64,000 nucleotides of DNA from Raja brachyura (taxonomy: Eukaryota): assembly GCA_963514005.1 (NCBI GenBank), contig OY740791.1, positions 17,298,001-17,362,000 of the forward strand, written 5' to 3'. Positions 11,330 to 24,300 of this stretch are shown here, in pieces. Under the pieces are notes generated by a model. That model was not told where the DNA came from and did not search any database. It saw only the letters and a list, made by a program, of their open reading frames with translations. The position numbers and the translations under genes were made by a program. Numbering within the stretch: position 1 is the first letter of the stretch; each line of letters starts with the position of its first letter.

Positions 11330-12590
11330 ATTGATAATTGTCATGTGCACTGGAAATGGAACAATGACATATTAACTTGCTGCAGTTTAACAAGTTCAGT
11401 AATGCAATAACTCACAGATTTATATGTAATAATCAATAGTACAGTAAATTAATAACCGTAACTGGAGGTAACCCAAATAGTGCAAAAACTGATGTCTGTA
11501 ATGCAACCAGACGCAGTCCATTTAAGATGATAATTGCTGAGTTAGTGGCTAGAGATGTAGCTATCAAGAGCCTGATGGTTGCTAGGTGGAAGATGTTCTT
11601 GAACCAGGTGTTCAAAGTTTTCAAGCTCCTGTACCTCATCTCCACTAACTCTCTCCACTGATGCCCTGCCAATAAGGACAGTATGTGAATGAAGGAAGTG
11701 CAGATGCTGGTTTAAACCAAAGATAGACATAAATGCTGTAGTAACTCAGGCAGCATCTCTGGAGAGAAGAAATGGGTGACGTTTCGGCTTGAGATAGTTT
11801 CGCAGATTTCAGGTGGGTTTTTTCCCACTTGAAATCAAAATCAGCTCTTTGGTCTTGCTAATACTGAGACAACGTTGTTGTTTTGGCACCATTCAGTCAT
11901 TATCAATCTCCCTCCTGTATTCCGTCTCAGTGATATCATTATTCGTTCATCTATGGTGGTTGCGTTGGTGAATTTAAAGATGATAGTGGAGATGTGTCTG
12001 GTTGCACAATCATGGGTATACAGAGAGAAGAGCAGGGGACTGAGTTCACGGCCTTGAGGTGCTCCTGCAATGATGGTTATTGAGGAGGAAGTGTTTTTGC
12101 TAGTTGTACTGATTGTGGTCTGCCGATGAGGAAGTTGAGAATCCAATTACAAAGGGATGAGCAGAAACCCAGTTCACCATGTTTGAAGATAGGTTTGGAA
12201 GGGATGAATGTGTTGTACCACCAAGCTCCAGTCACCAAACAACAGCCTGACATATGTGCTCTTATTGTCCAAGTGGCCCAGTGCAGAGTGGAGAGCCAGC
12301 GAGATGGAAACCCCTGCTGATTTGTGGTGATGCAGGCCAATTCAAATACGTTCAGCTCCTCACTAACTCACGAGCTGATATGTGTCATAACCAACATCCC
12401 AAAGTACATCATCACCACAGACATTATTACCACTGGTCATTAGTCATTGAGGTTTTGTCACTTCCTCTTCTTAGGCACTGGTACCATAGTGTCCTTTTAA
12501 AGCAGGTGGGAACTTCAGACCTTAGGAATGAGAAGTTGAAGAGGTCTGCAAAAACTCCAACCAGTTGGTCTAAAAGGTCCTGCAGGGTGC
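11330..12590 (-). mobile_element. Decayed Rex/Babar-like LINE fragment
   Basis: GAPQG.ELSPLLFSLYTHDC and LCNWILNFL.GRPQSV; (CAAGAGT)-type tail; interrupted by a Penelope-derived repeat at about 11690-11795. Confidence 0.75.
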
Positions 12591-12941
12591 CGGGTCTGAA
12601 CCATACGACGTCACTGTTAATCCAACGCATCCTAATCTTCTCGATCAACCTACCATGGCATATTTTATCAAAGGCCTTACTAAAATCCATGCAGCCAACA
12701 TCCACCACCCTACCCTTATCGATCATCTTTGCCACCTCCTGAAAAAATTAATTGGAACTGGCCAGTTCTGAGACTTACGGGACAGATACATCAGCCACAG
12801 GCATATTCACCCAGGATAGACTCACTGCCCATTGACTCTCAGATGCTGCAGTCAAGGTACATATCCATCCTTCTATATATTGGTGATTATCATTTACATT
12901 TACTTTCTGTTAACCTGTTAACTAGCTTTTGTTTGCAATGA

Positions 12942-13588
12942 ATGTTGGCATTCATAGCAAAAGGATTTGAGTACAAGAGCAGGGAGGTTCTACTGCAGTT
13001 GTACAGGGTCTTGGTGAGGCCACACCTGGAGTATTGCGTACAGTTTTGGTCTCCTAATCTGAGGAAAGACATTCTTGCCATAGAGGGAGTACAGAGAAGG
13101 TTCACCAGACTGATTCCTGGGATGGCTGGACTTCCATATGAAGAAAGACTGGATAGACTCGGCTTGTACTCGCTGGAATTTAGAAGATTGAGTGGGGATC
13201 TCATAGAGACTTACAAAATTCTTAATGGGTTGGACAGGCTAGATGCAGGAAGATGGTTCCCAATGTTGGGGAAGTCCAGGACAAGGGATCACTGTTTAAG
13301 GATAAGGGGGAAGTCTTTTAGGACCGAGATGAGAAAATCATTTTTCACACAGAGAGTGGTGAATCTGTGGAATTCTCTGCCACAGAAGGTAGTTGAGGTC
13401 AGTTCATTGGCTATATTTAAGAGGGAGTTAGATGTGGCCCTTGTGGCTAATGGGATCAGGGGGCTATGGAGAGAAGGCAGGTACAGGTTACTGCGTTGGA
13501 TAATCAGCCATGATCATATTGAATGGCGGTGCAGGCTCGAAGGGCCGAATGGCCTACTCCTGCACCTATTGTCTATGTTTCTATGTTT
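12942..13588 (+). mobile_element. CR1 LINE 3' fragment
   Basis: LYRVLVRPHLEYCVQFWSP...VQRRFTRLIPG; octamer tail. Confidence 0.92.
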
Positions 13589-15038
13589 TCACATTCCAAA
13601 ACACCAATCAAAACCAAAAATACTGCTTCCTGTGAACTTTGATGAAGATCAATAAGTATGTGTAAACATCCAACTCACTCCCTCCCCTCGCCCACTTGGA
13701 ATCAAAGGCTTACTCAACAAGTTCTCACATTACATTTTGTTTACAATGCAGTGTCCATAGCAACCTTGTACACTAGCAGATAACTTTGTGTTGTACTTCT
13801 TCTCGAGCCGCACCCGTGCAAGTACTCCATTTTCTTCCTGCTCACCTTGCAAGCAATTGATTAAATCTGATTAACTTGTTGCATCTTATTTGCTTCAGAC
13901 AGCTTTTAACAGTTCAATAATTTGCAGTTTAACTTACAGTTTCAAAAGACTGTTCATATTTACCATTTTCTCACCAATAAAGCGGCACTGTGTGTCTCGC
14001 TGTCTGTTTTAAAAGCTTTAAAGTGAATACGGTATTATACAGTGCTTTTTTAAAAAGAACATTGGTTGTCCTCCTTACATTACACCATGATGTTTCAGAA
14101 ATAGTTAGTATTACAGAAAAGCTCACAGTTAAACTCTTGCAGCTAAATTAAGACAGCCTCCAAACTTGTTAACAAGCTGAGGGAACTAAATCTATGACCA
14201 TCTCTATGCAACTGGATCCTCAATTTTGTGAACAGATCACAATCAGTACGAACAGGCAGCAACATTTTCTCCTGAAAACCAACACAAGAGTGCTCAGTCC
14301 CCTCAGTCCCCCATAATACTCACTCTATACCCATGACTGTGCAACCATACAATGTTCTAACACCATTTTTTAATTCTCTAATGACACCACTGTTGAAGGA
14401 CAACCTTGTTTTCAGTGTCAGCAGATCAAGGAGCTGATTGATGACTAGAAGGGCCATGGATCCACAAACCTGTCTTCATCGACAGGACGGCAGTCAACAA
14501 CTTCAAGTTCCTGCATGTGCAGGAACGCGGGAACTGAACACGAGGGACAATTTACAATTTATAGAAGCTAATTAACCTTCAAACCTGCATGTCTTTGGAA
14601 TGTGGGACGAAACCGGAGCTCCCGGAAAAAACCCATGTGGTGACGGGGAGAACATACAAACTCTGTACGTAGTTCCTGTAGTCAGGAACGAACCCGGATC
14701 TCTGGCGCTGTGAGGCAGCAACTCTACCACTCTGCAGTTCATGTTATCAGACTGTTGAACAGACCTTTCATATGGCAAGGATGAATTCCAAATCCTCCAA
14801 TCTACCTCATTGCGGCCCTTGCACATTTTTAATCTGCATTTTCGCTAGCTGTAACACTATGTTGTGCACGCTGTTTATTTTCTCATTTGCATTTCCTGAT
14901 GTACATATGTGTGGTGTGAATGGCTGGATGGCATGCAAAACAATGTTTTTCACCATATCCTAGTACATACGACAATTATAAACTAATAACGGACATTGTG
15001 GGCTGAAGGATCTGTTCTGGTGCTGTACTTTTCTGCTC

Positions 15039-15601
15039 TGTTAGATACTTCTCCCCCCCCCCCCTTACCTTTCTGTTTCTCTGCAGGCCCCGTGGCTGGG
15101 AACCAGGAATCAAGGGGTTAAGAGCTTCTGTACCCGATTGGCCAAGCTACATCAGGTGACCGGACTCATCGGTAGCTTAAAAGGCAGAAGCTCCCAGAAT
15201 TCTCTCTCTTCATCGCAGATCCCTGAAGGAAGAGGTGCCGGTCTGAGCTGCAGGAGGCCTGGCTACATGGCATAGCACTTTGTATATTGTCGTCTATATT
15301 TGTAAATTAATGTTGTATTGGGACGGAAGAGATGACCTGAGGGTTTTCGGGTATTTTGTTGCAGGGTTATTGTCTATTTAGGCAGGATTAGAGTCTTCAG
15401 CCCGACGGCCCTTTGCGAGGCTGGCTGGAGCACACTTATATTTATTTGTTAGCCGATTCTGGTCCCAGACCGTGTTGTTTAAATCAGGTTCAGGTTTTGG
15501 CTTAGTTTAACAAAATTAAAGACTGTTTTTTTCCTTAAGCTTGACCCTGATTTTTGATTTGTTGCGCGACTCTGAGGAACTGGCCTTTGGGAGTCGTAAC
15601 A
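15039..15601 (+). mobile_element. Solo LTR (Gypsy/ERV-type), 563 bp
   Basis: TGTTA...TAACA termini; 4-bp TSD GCTC (15035-15038 and 15602-15605); internal ATTGG box, TATA-like CTTAAAAGG and ATTAAA near the 3' end. Confidence 0.8.
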
Positions 15602-17984
15602 GCTCTAATAGGCAGTTCCAACCAAAGTTACTCTATAATCTTTGGTTCCAACAGGGCAGTGCTATATTTGATTTTGCCGGTACAATTTGCACATTTAAAA
15701 TTAAAACTAAAATTAAATTTCATATTGAGATGTACTTGCTAACTACTCCATATCTCTAGTTTCCCACTCCGCTGACTCAGTCTGAAGAAGGGTCTCGACC
15801 GAAAACATCAACCATTCCTTCTCGCCAGAGATGCTGCCTGTGCCGTTGAGTTATTCCAGCATTCTGTGTCTATCTTCATTGTAAAGCTGCATCTGCAGTT
15901 CCTTCTTACTCACTATATTTACTCGATACTGAACAAGACTGAAATAGTAAAATTCTCTGTGTCACACCATTCATAATTTTTTTAATTATTGTTTTAGGTT
16001 CAACATGCTCTAGTCTCTGATAATATTTGATGATAAGCCATTACAAAATCAAAGTTTGACAAAACTCTCTACATTGCCATGTCTGCTTTAAATCGATCTT
16101 TAATTGCCTTACCAAGATCAGAAACCCATCTTGTGCCGGAATAAAACAAGAATTTCTGCATCCTATTTCCACATGGAGGAGTCCCAGTACAACATTGAAT
16201 TGCATCATTCATATTTGTAGTCGAGTCAAAATGTCCACTGGCTATGATTCATTTTCTGCTTCCATTGGCAATATTCTATAACAGGCATTTTAATAATAGA
16301 TAAATTGAGGACAACAGTTTTTAAAAACAAAGTTTTCTAAACTGTATCCCACAAAGTGTGAAGAAGTATTTCCATTCATGTTGGATGGTATCAGTTCAGT
16401 CGCTGTGGTATTACCTGCATCTAGTATTTAAACACATTGGGGCACATGTGTTAAACATTTCAAAGGAACAGTTAAATATTATCAAGAAAAACCGCTGCAA
16501 AATGGATCATGCTTTACTTAACCTATAATGTGTTTGCTGTAGTTTAATGTAGTTGCATTTTCAGCTATGTAAAATTTAATATTTGTTACTTTCTGCTGGA
16601 AACTATTGAATGCGAAACATTGTTCAGAGATGAATGATATTGAGTAAAATGTTCTATCGGAACAGCAGCGGGTGAAAAAGTTGATTATCTGATTTTGATA
16701 TTTTAAGCATTGAACAAGTCTTATTTACTGCTTTCTGTAATGTTATTATTTGTATCGAGTCCACACACAAGATTAGACGTTGTTTAGCCAGAGCTGAACA
16801 CACTTCTCCGCGTCTACACACTATGGTGTCTGTCTTGTGCTTGGTGGTGGAAAGATTGGTGAAAACAGGGTCGCGACGTGAACGCTCTTTCCTTGACCCC
16901 TTCTGGAATGTTAATATGATGTGACAACACTGCATCCTAAAATAGGACCAATAGGTTCTGTAAAATATCTGGAACATAGAAACTGCAGGAAAATATTTCA
17001 TCAAAAATACTTGTGGCATAAGTTACATTGGTTAATAGCCAGAATAGCAAATAGGCAAATATAAAAATCTGGTAACCTTGTGCTTCTTTGGGGCTTGAGG
17101 TACATTGTTTGTTCAGTAATCGTGGGTATAGTGGAGTGTGAGATTATGTAAAAGTACAAAAAGAACAAGCCAACACCTTGACCTGGGCTTCACAGTTGCT
17201 ATCATCTTTGCCCCTTCGTGGAACTGGATGTAAATTCATTTTTGATACCTAGGTCTCTTGGGACACAGAGGGTGGAAGCAGAGTAATATTGGGAAGTCAA
17301 GATGGGGACATATTCTGTCAAACAGGTTAATTCCAACACAAGAATACTCGTCATTTATCAAAGCGCCACTCTTGAAAGTTCACAAGATGGGCAGTGGTTC
17401 TGGTAATTACATGGAAATCTGTTCCATTAGCAGGAGTAATGGCCAACAGGCTACAGTACATCACTGGCAGCAATACCAATTCCTTCTACCTTCAGTGCTC
17501 TAACATATTTGTACGTCAAAAATATTGGAAGACCTCGGGTGATGAGGCAGCCTTTGCATCTTCTCTGCAGATGCTACCTGACTATTGAGTGTTTTCCACT
17601 ACTCTGTTTTATATCAAGGGAAAATAAATCCTTTCTGACAGGTAAAAAATCCCTTTTATGTTATCAATGTTACCTCAATCACCATCATTATTTGCCATCA
17701 ACTACCCTCATCGGCATACAAAGCTGGCTCCAGTGCAGAGGTGAATGCCTCACCCTGATAGATACCCTGACAATGGTGTTCAGAGTCAAGTGTTTAATGC
17801 ATGATTTGTATCTACAAACCTATGGGGTTTTTTTTCGTATTGTTTCTAATAGTCATAGAGTGATGCAGTGTGGTAACAGGCCCTTCGGCCCAACCTGCCC
17901 ACACCGGCCAACATATCCCAGGTACACTAGTCCCACCTAAATAAAATAATTATGATGTAGCTTGGCCATATATACATCCGACAA

Positions 17985-19100
17985 AAAAAGACAAAGTGCT
18001 GGAGTAAGTCAGTGGGACAGGCAACATCTCTGAACAACATGGATAGGCAATGTTTCAGGTCAGAATGCCGCTCCGGTGATTGTGGGGTAGGGGAGGAGCA
18101 GAGAAAGAAAGCTGGGAAAGATGGGGAAGGACAAAGTCTGGCAAGTAATAGGTGGATACAGGTGAGGAGGGCTTTAGATAGGCAGAGGTAGTTGGACAAA
18201 GGCCAGAGATGAAAAGACAGAAGGTATGATTCAAAAGTACTGAATAGATGCAAATTGTGAGGCTAAAAGGGGGAATGGAGGTGGAAGGGGAAGAGAAATA
18301 AGGGGAGGAGTCTAGATGGGGCATAGAGGAGAGCGGGTTGGAAAAGAAAATGGAAGAAGGGTTCATAGCTACCTAAAATTGAAGAATTGAATGTTTGCCC
18401 CATTGGGTTGTAAGCTACGCAGGTGGAATATGAAGTGTTATTCCTCCAGATTGCATGTGGCCTCACTCTTGGCAATGGAGGAGGCCCAGGACAGAAAGGT
18501 CAGTGTGGGAATGGGAAGAGGAGTTAAACGGTTAGCAACTGGGAGATGCAGTCGGCCTTGGCGGACTGAGTGTAAGTGTTCAACGAAATGGTCACCAAGT
18601 ATACACTTGGTCTTGCCAATATATAGGAGGCTGCATCAAAAACACTGGATGCACTAGAGTAGATTACCTTATTTGGGCACTTCACTCTTCACATTCCCAT
18701 TCCTCCTCCATTGCCAGAGTGAGGACACATGCAAACTGGAGAATAGCACCTCATATTCAACTTGGGTGGTTACAACCTCGCGGTACGAACATTGAATTCC
18801 ACAATTTTAGGAAACTAAACTTCCCCCTCCCCCTTCCCTGAGCTCCACCCACACTGACACCTATTTCTCCCCTCCTCCTATATTCCAAACTCGAGCTTCA
18901 CAATTCACAACTCTTTAACTGCGTTGTCTCACACTGGTCTTTTCATCTCTGGCCTTTGTCCAACCATCCACCTATGACTTGCTAAGGTGTGTCCTTCTCC
19001 CCAACGATCAGTGTGAGAAGGAATCCCGGCCCAAAGCGTCACCTATTGATGTTCACCAGAGATGCTGCCTGACCCACTGAGTTGCTCAAGCACTTTGTCC
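17985..19100. mobile_element. Two decayed Penelope 3' fragments in inverted arrangement (- at ~17985-18657, + at ~18680-19100)
   Basis: Both resemble 7700-8300 (EEQHLIF.LG...N.EF remnants and the terminal repeat), in opposite orientations. Confidence 0.7.
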
Positions 19101-19114
19101 CAAAAGGCTTCAAT

Positions 19115-20540
19115 GTTATACTGCAGAAGGACTTGGACAGGTTGGGAGAGTGGGCAGAGAAATGGCAGATGGAATATAGTGCAGCAAAATGTGGAGTCGT
19201 GCGTTTTGGTAGTCGGAATAAAGACATAGACTAAATGGGAAATAAAGGCATTTTCTAAATGGGGAAGGAATCCAGATATCGGAGGTGCAAAGGGACTTGG
19301 GAGTGCTGGTGCAGGATTCCCAAAAAGTTAATCTGCAAGTCAATAGACAATAGGTGCAGGACTAGGCCATTTGGCCCTTTGAGCCAGCACCGCCATTCAA
19401 TGTGATCATGGCTGATCATCCCCAATCAGTACCACGTTCCTGCCCCATATCCCCTGACTCCGCTATTTTTAAGAGCCCTATCTAGCTCTCTCTTGAAAGC
19501 ATCCAGAGAACCTGCCTCCACCGCTCTCTGAGGCAGAGAATTCCACTGACTCACCACTCTCTGTGAGAAAAAGTGTTTCCTCGCCTCCGTTCTAAATGGC
19601 TTATTCTTAAACTGTGGCCCCTGTTTCTGGATTTGTAGTGGAATTGGTAGTAAAGAAAGCAAACTCAATGCTAGCATTTATTTCAAGAAGGCTTGTACAC
19701 AAATACAGGGATGTAATGCTGAGGCTCTAAAAGGTGCTGGTAAGGTTGCATTTGGAATAGTGTGAGCAGTTTTGGGCAGCAAATCTGAGGAAGGATGTGC
19801 TGGATCTGGAGACGGTCCTGAGGGGGTTTACGAGAATGAGTAGGTGAACCTATGATGAACGTTTGTTGGCACTGGGCCTCTACTCGCTGGAGTTTAGAAG
19901 AATGAGGGGGGACCTCATTGAAACATTGAATAGTGAAAGACATGGATAGAGTGGATGTGGAGGGGATGTTTCCACTAGTGGGAGAGTCTAGGACTAAAGG
20001 TCATAGCTTTAGAATTAAAGGACTTTATTTTAAGGAGATGTGGAGAAATTCACCTTTATTCAGAGGGTGGCGAATCTGTGGAATTCTTTGCCACAGAAGG
20101 CTGTAGAAGCCGTCAGTGGATATTTTTAAGCCAGAGATAGATAGATTCTTGATTAGTACACTTGTCATAGAATCATAGAAAATAGGTGCAGGAGTAGGCC
20201 ATTCAGCCCTTCGAGCCTGCACCACCATTCAATATGATCATGGCTGATCATCCAAATCAGTATCCTGTACCTGCTTTCTCTCCATACCCACTGATCCCTT
20301 TAGCCACAAGGGCCACATCTAACTCCCTCTTAAATATAGCCAATGAACTGGCCTCAACTACCTTCTGTGGCAGAGAATTCCACAGACTCACCACTCTGTG
20401 TGAAAAATGATCTTCTCATCTCGGTCCTAAAAGACTTCCCCCTTATCCTTAAAGGTTAGAGGTTATGGGGAGAAGGCAGGAGAATGGGGATAGGAGGGAG
20501 AGATAGATCAGCCATGATTGAATGGCGGAGTAGACAATGG
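19115..20540 (+). mobile_element. Decayed CR1 fragment with two nested antisense CR1 3' ends (~19343-19630 and ~20167-20452)
   Basis: The + strand CR1 sequence resumes after each inverted insert. Confidence 0.8.
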
Positions 20541-20654
20541 GTGAATGGCCTATCACTCACGGCTAACACATCCATAGTTTCACTCATTAACCAGCATTCA
20601 TTTTGCACGTTTATTCAAAGATAATGTCTGGCAAAGCTGCCAATTATAGCCTAT

Positions 20655-20840
20655 GTGTAGGAAGGAACTGCAGATGCTGATTTAAACCAAAGATAGACAC
20701 AAAAAGCTGGAATAACTCAGCAGGTCAGGCAACATCGTGGGAGAAAGGAATAGGTGACATTTACGGTCACGACCCGAAAGGTCACCTATTCCTTTTCTCC
20801 AGAGATGCTGCCAGGCCTGCTAAATGACTCGAGCTTTTGT
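20655..20840. mobile_element. Short fold-back Penelope-derived element
   Basis: Inverted GGAATAGGTGAC/GTCACCTATTCC core; 13-bp TSD AATTATAGCCTAT at 20642-20654 and 20841-20853. Confidence 0.75.
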
Positions 20841-20944
20841 AATTATAGCCTATCTGTGGTTGCAATGATGAAGGAACAACTCTATATATCACGTCAGGAT
20901 GGTCTGAGACTCAGAGAGAAGCTTGGAGACCATAGTGCTCACAT

Positions 20945-21533
20945 ACCATATAACCATATAACAATTACAACACGGAAACAGGCCTTCTCGGCCCTTCCAG
21001 TCCGTGCCGGCCATTTATTTTCCCCTAGTCCCATCTACTTGCACTCAGACCATACCCCTCCATTCTCTTCCCGTCCATATACCTATCCACTTTACTTTTA
21101 AATGTTAAAATCGATCCTGCCTCCACCACTTCTGCTGGAAGCTCATTCCACACAGCCACCACTCTCTGAGTAAAGAAGTTCCCCCTCATGTTACCCCTAA
21201 ACTTCTGTCCCTTAATTCTCATGTCATGCCCTCTTGTTTGAATCTTTCCTACCCTCAATGGGAAAAGCTCATCCACGTCAACTCTGTCTATCCCTTTCAT
21301 CAATTTAAAGACCTCAATCAAGTCCCCCCCTTAACCTTCTGCGCTCCAAAGAATAAAGACCTAACTTGTTCAACCTTTCTCTGTAACTTAGTTGCTGGAA
21401 CCCAGGCAACATTCTAGTAAATCTCCTCTGTACTCTCTCTATTTTGTTGACATCCTTCCTATAATTAGGCGACCAAAATTGTACACCATACTCCAGAATT
21501 GGTCTTACCAATGCCTTGTACAATTTTAACATA
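20945..21533 (-). mobile_element. CR1 LINE 3' fragment of a different subfamily
   Basis: LYKALVRPILEYGVQFWSP, RRLRG and TRGH motifs; (ACCATATA)n-type tail. Confidence 0.88.
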
Positions 21534-22260
21534 CCACCAGGGGGCGTGAGACGATGGCAGCCTCGCCAACAGCCTGTCTGTCTCTTCGTCTTTTTTTTGT
21601 TATTTTTAGTGTGTTTTATTTTTTTGTTTCAATGTTCTACGGTTTGTTTTATGCAGGGGGAGGGGGGAGGGGGGAGGGGGGAGGGGAAATTTATTTTTCA
21701 ATCTCTTACCTTGCGATTGTTTTCCAGATCATATATCCGGTCACTCTGCAGCCTAACATCATGGAGCTGGAGGCATTGCCTGGGACTGACTTTGAGTCCC
21801 ACCACGGAGTTGAACCCTTGCCTGAGATCGATGCTCCAGCGGATGTGCCTGCGGATCTCACCATTGAGGAGTTTGCAGTGTGGGGTAGAGACCGATGTCG
21901 GGAAGCTCCAAACGACGCAGGTTTGGACCAGTCCCGACTCGGGGTTGATCGCCCGGCTCGGGGAGCTGAGATCGCCCCGATGCAGGAGCTTGATCACGCT
22001 GAACGCAGAGGGTCTGACCACCGGCTACGGGAGCCAAGATCGCCCCGTCAACGGAAGGTTCGAGGCCCCCGACCGCTGGAAGAAATTGAACTTTGTTTCA
22101 CCTTCCATCACAGTGAGGACCGTGGAGGAGTCACTGTGGTGGATGTTTATGATAAAATGTATTTTGTGTGGTTTGGTTCTTTTTAATGGTATGACTGTAT
22201 GGCATAGTCAAGTTCCTCGTATGTTGCAAAACACACTTGGCTAATAAAGTATGATTATGA
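21534..22260 (+). mobile_element. GC/CpG-rich interspersed element with AATAAA and a short (ATGATT)-like tail, probably a non-autonomous retroelement
   Basis: Sharp compositional boundaries; ends GGCTAATAAAGTATGATTATGAT; overlapping ORFs have no recognisable domain. Confidence 0.5.
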
Positions 22261-23599
22261 TACACCCACTGCCCTCGTCCATCAAAAAGAGAGATGGATT
22301 CCCCAAAGATTCTGAAGTTATTGCACTGTTGTAAACACTGCAGCCACCGTACATCAGTGGTGCAGGGAAGGAATCTTTGCTGAAGTTGAAGTGCCAAAAA
22401 AGGAGACTGTTTAGGCTGCATGGTATTGGGTTTCCTGAGTGCTGTTGCAGCTGTGCAAGTCCAGATACGAGGAGAGAATTGCAGCACATTGCTCACATGT
22501 GTCATGCAGACGGCAGAGAGATGAGTCAGGAGGGAAGCCACCCACCACAGAATATCCAATCTCAGACCTGATCTATGAGCTGTGGCATTTTAGAGGCTGA
22601 TCCAGCTGGATTTCTGATTAGCAGTGCCTCTCCATAACATTGATGGTGGTGGTTTGGGGTTCAGGGTGAAATGCTATTAAATATTGTGCGCAGGGATGTT
22701 CACCGAGGTATTTCGAATGTAGGTAATTGTAAATACTGAATACTCACAATCCTTACCTAAATACTCCAGGATCATCCCAACTTTATATGTATATATATTA
22801 CCTTTCCTACAACACCGCTGGGTCAAAATCCGAGAACACCCTACCCAACATCACTAGCAATAATCACACCACCATCAAGGACATCAACATCTTCTCAGGC
22901 AAGAAGTGATGAGCAATAAGTGTTGACCTTGCCAGCGACACTGATTGTAGACGATCAGCCATGATCACATTGAATAGCGGTGCTGGCTCGAAGAGCGAAA
23001 TGGCCTGCTTCTGCACCTATTGTCTATTGACACTCGCATGCCATGAATAAATCTTGGCTGCAAGCTCACTCTATCACCAGACAAAATACCAACATGACTC
23101 GTGCTGTATTGCCACAATTCATGGCTAATTTCTTGGAAAACTCAGATAAATTGGAAAGCCTGAGAAAACGCATCACAAATTTAAGCCAGCAACACCTTGG
23201 ACTCTGGTATTTACTGATAACCATTTCTAAACAGGTGAGAAATGTCAAATTGTTATATTCATGGAAATGGAAGACAATAGATTTTTCAATTTAGATGGCT
23301 GAGGATGGGTATTCTTTCACTTTTGTTTTAAGGTGCTTCAACACTCAACATCCCAAAACTAGGCTTAACTCCAAAGACCCAACTCCACACTGCCAGCTCG
23401 AGGCAAAACTACACCTGCCAATTCTACATTCTCATGATAGATCCTGCATTTAACACCTGCACAGAGTGTGCACTCAAATCAGACCGACAATGCCAAGGAT
23501 CTTTCATCGTGAAAGTCCAGTGCTTGTAGGTTGCAGGTAGTGGAAGGCAAGACCTCCCTGGTGGAATAAAACTGGGTGAAAAAAAGATCTTACCTTCCA

Positions 23600-23799
23600 C
23601 TACCTGCAACCTCTGGCAACCACCTTCAACTAGCATCGCAACCGGCTTCGACAAAAAAAATTACCGATTTTTAAAACAGCAGCCTATTTTAGACCATTAG
23701 GGAGACTGACAAAAACCTCCGGGAACCGCACGGAAACCTTGGGTGGGGCGCAAAGTCTCGAGAGGTTTCCGTTCAGGTTTCCTAAGTGGGACAGGGGCA
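23600..23799. mobile_element. PIF/Harbinger-like MITE end fragment
   Basis: Ends in AAGTGGGACAGGGGC, a typical Harbinger-type TIR; no partner TIR was seen. Confidence 0.45.
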
Positions 23800-24294
23800 T
23801 TATTGCATGGAATCAACTGTCAACAGCAGACCCAGTAATCGGGCATGTTTCTCGGTGGTGATTTAGGCCTTGGTTGTCCTGACAATTTACACCGATGTGT
23901 AGACTCCAGAATAATACAAATTAAAAGAGCAAATAACGGGTATGAGATTTTTGTCATTAACCATAGCACTCCACATTTTCTTGGGATTTTTGTAATGTTC
24001 TGGACTAATCGTATCAAAAACCACTTGACTGCAATTATTGCAGCTCTATCCCATCGAAGATCATCATAACCATCACTGTCTTATGCATAGGTGCGTTTGG
24101 ACTCCACTGCAATTCAGCCCTAAAACTCATGGTGCTGGGGTCTGGCTGTGTGACGGTTTAGTTGGAGCCATGTTTATTAAATATAAATTTCTTAAGGTAC
24201 AACAGTGGATTTCTAAAAGTACATCATCATTCCTAAAGGACCTTGGAAAGTACTGAGGTCATGCAAGTTGCTATGTAAATACAAGAACTTTGTC

Positions 24295-24300
24295 TTTATT
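24295..24300 (-). terminator. Possible EIF4EBP3 poly(A) signal
   Basis: tttatt on + (AATAAA on -), about 570 nt downstream of the stop codon. Confidence 0.35.

Noticed and set aside
16654-17503. ORFs 16654..17019 and 17258..17503 as host exons
   Set aside because: No recognisable homology and no consistent acceptor/donor pair with an open frame.
21540-21600. GGGGGCG...GCCTCGCC as another HDV-like ribozyme
   Set aside because: No complementary P1 3' strand and no P2/P3 pairing could be found.
21516-22244. Overlapping 242-aa and 210-aa ORFs as a novel gene
   Set aside because: No recognisable domain, low-complexity F/G runs, and confined to a GC-rich repeat-like element where stops are rare.
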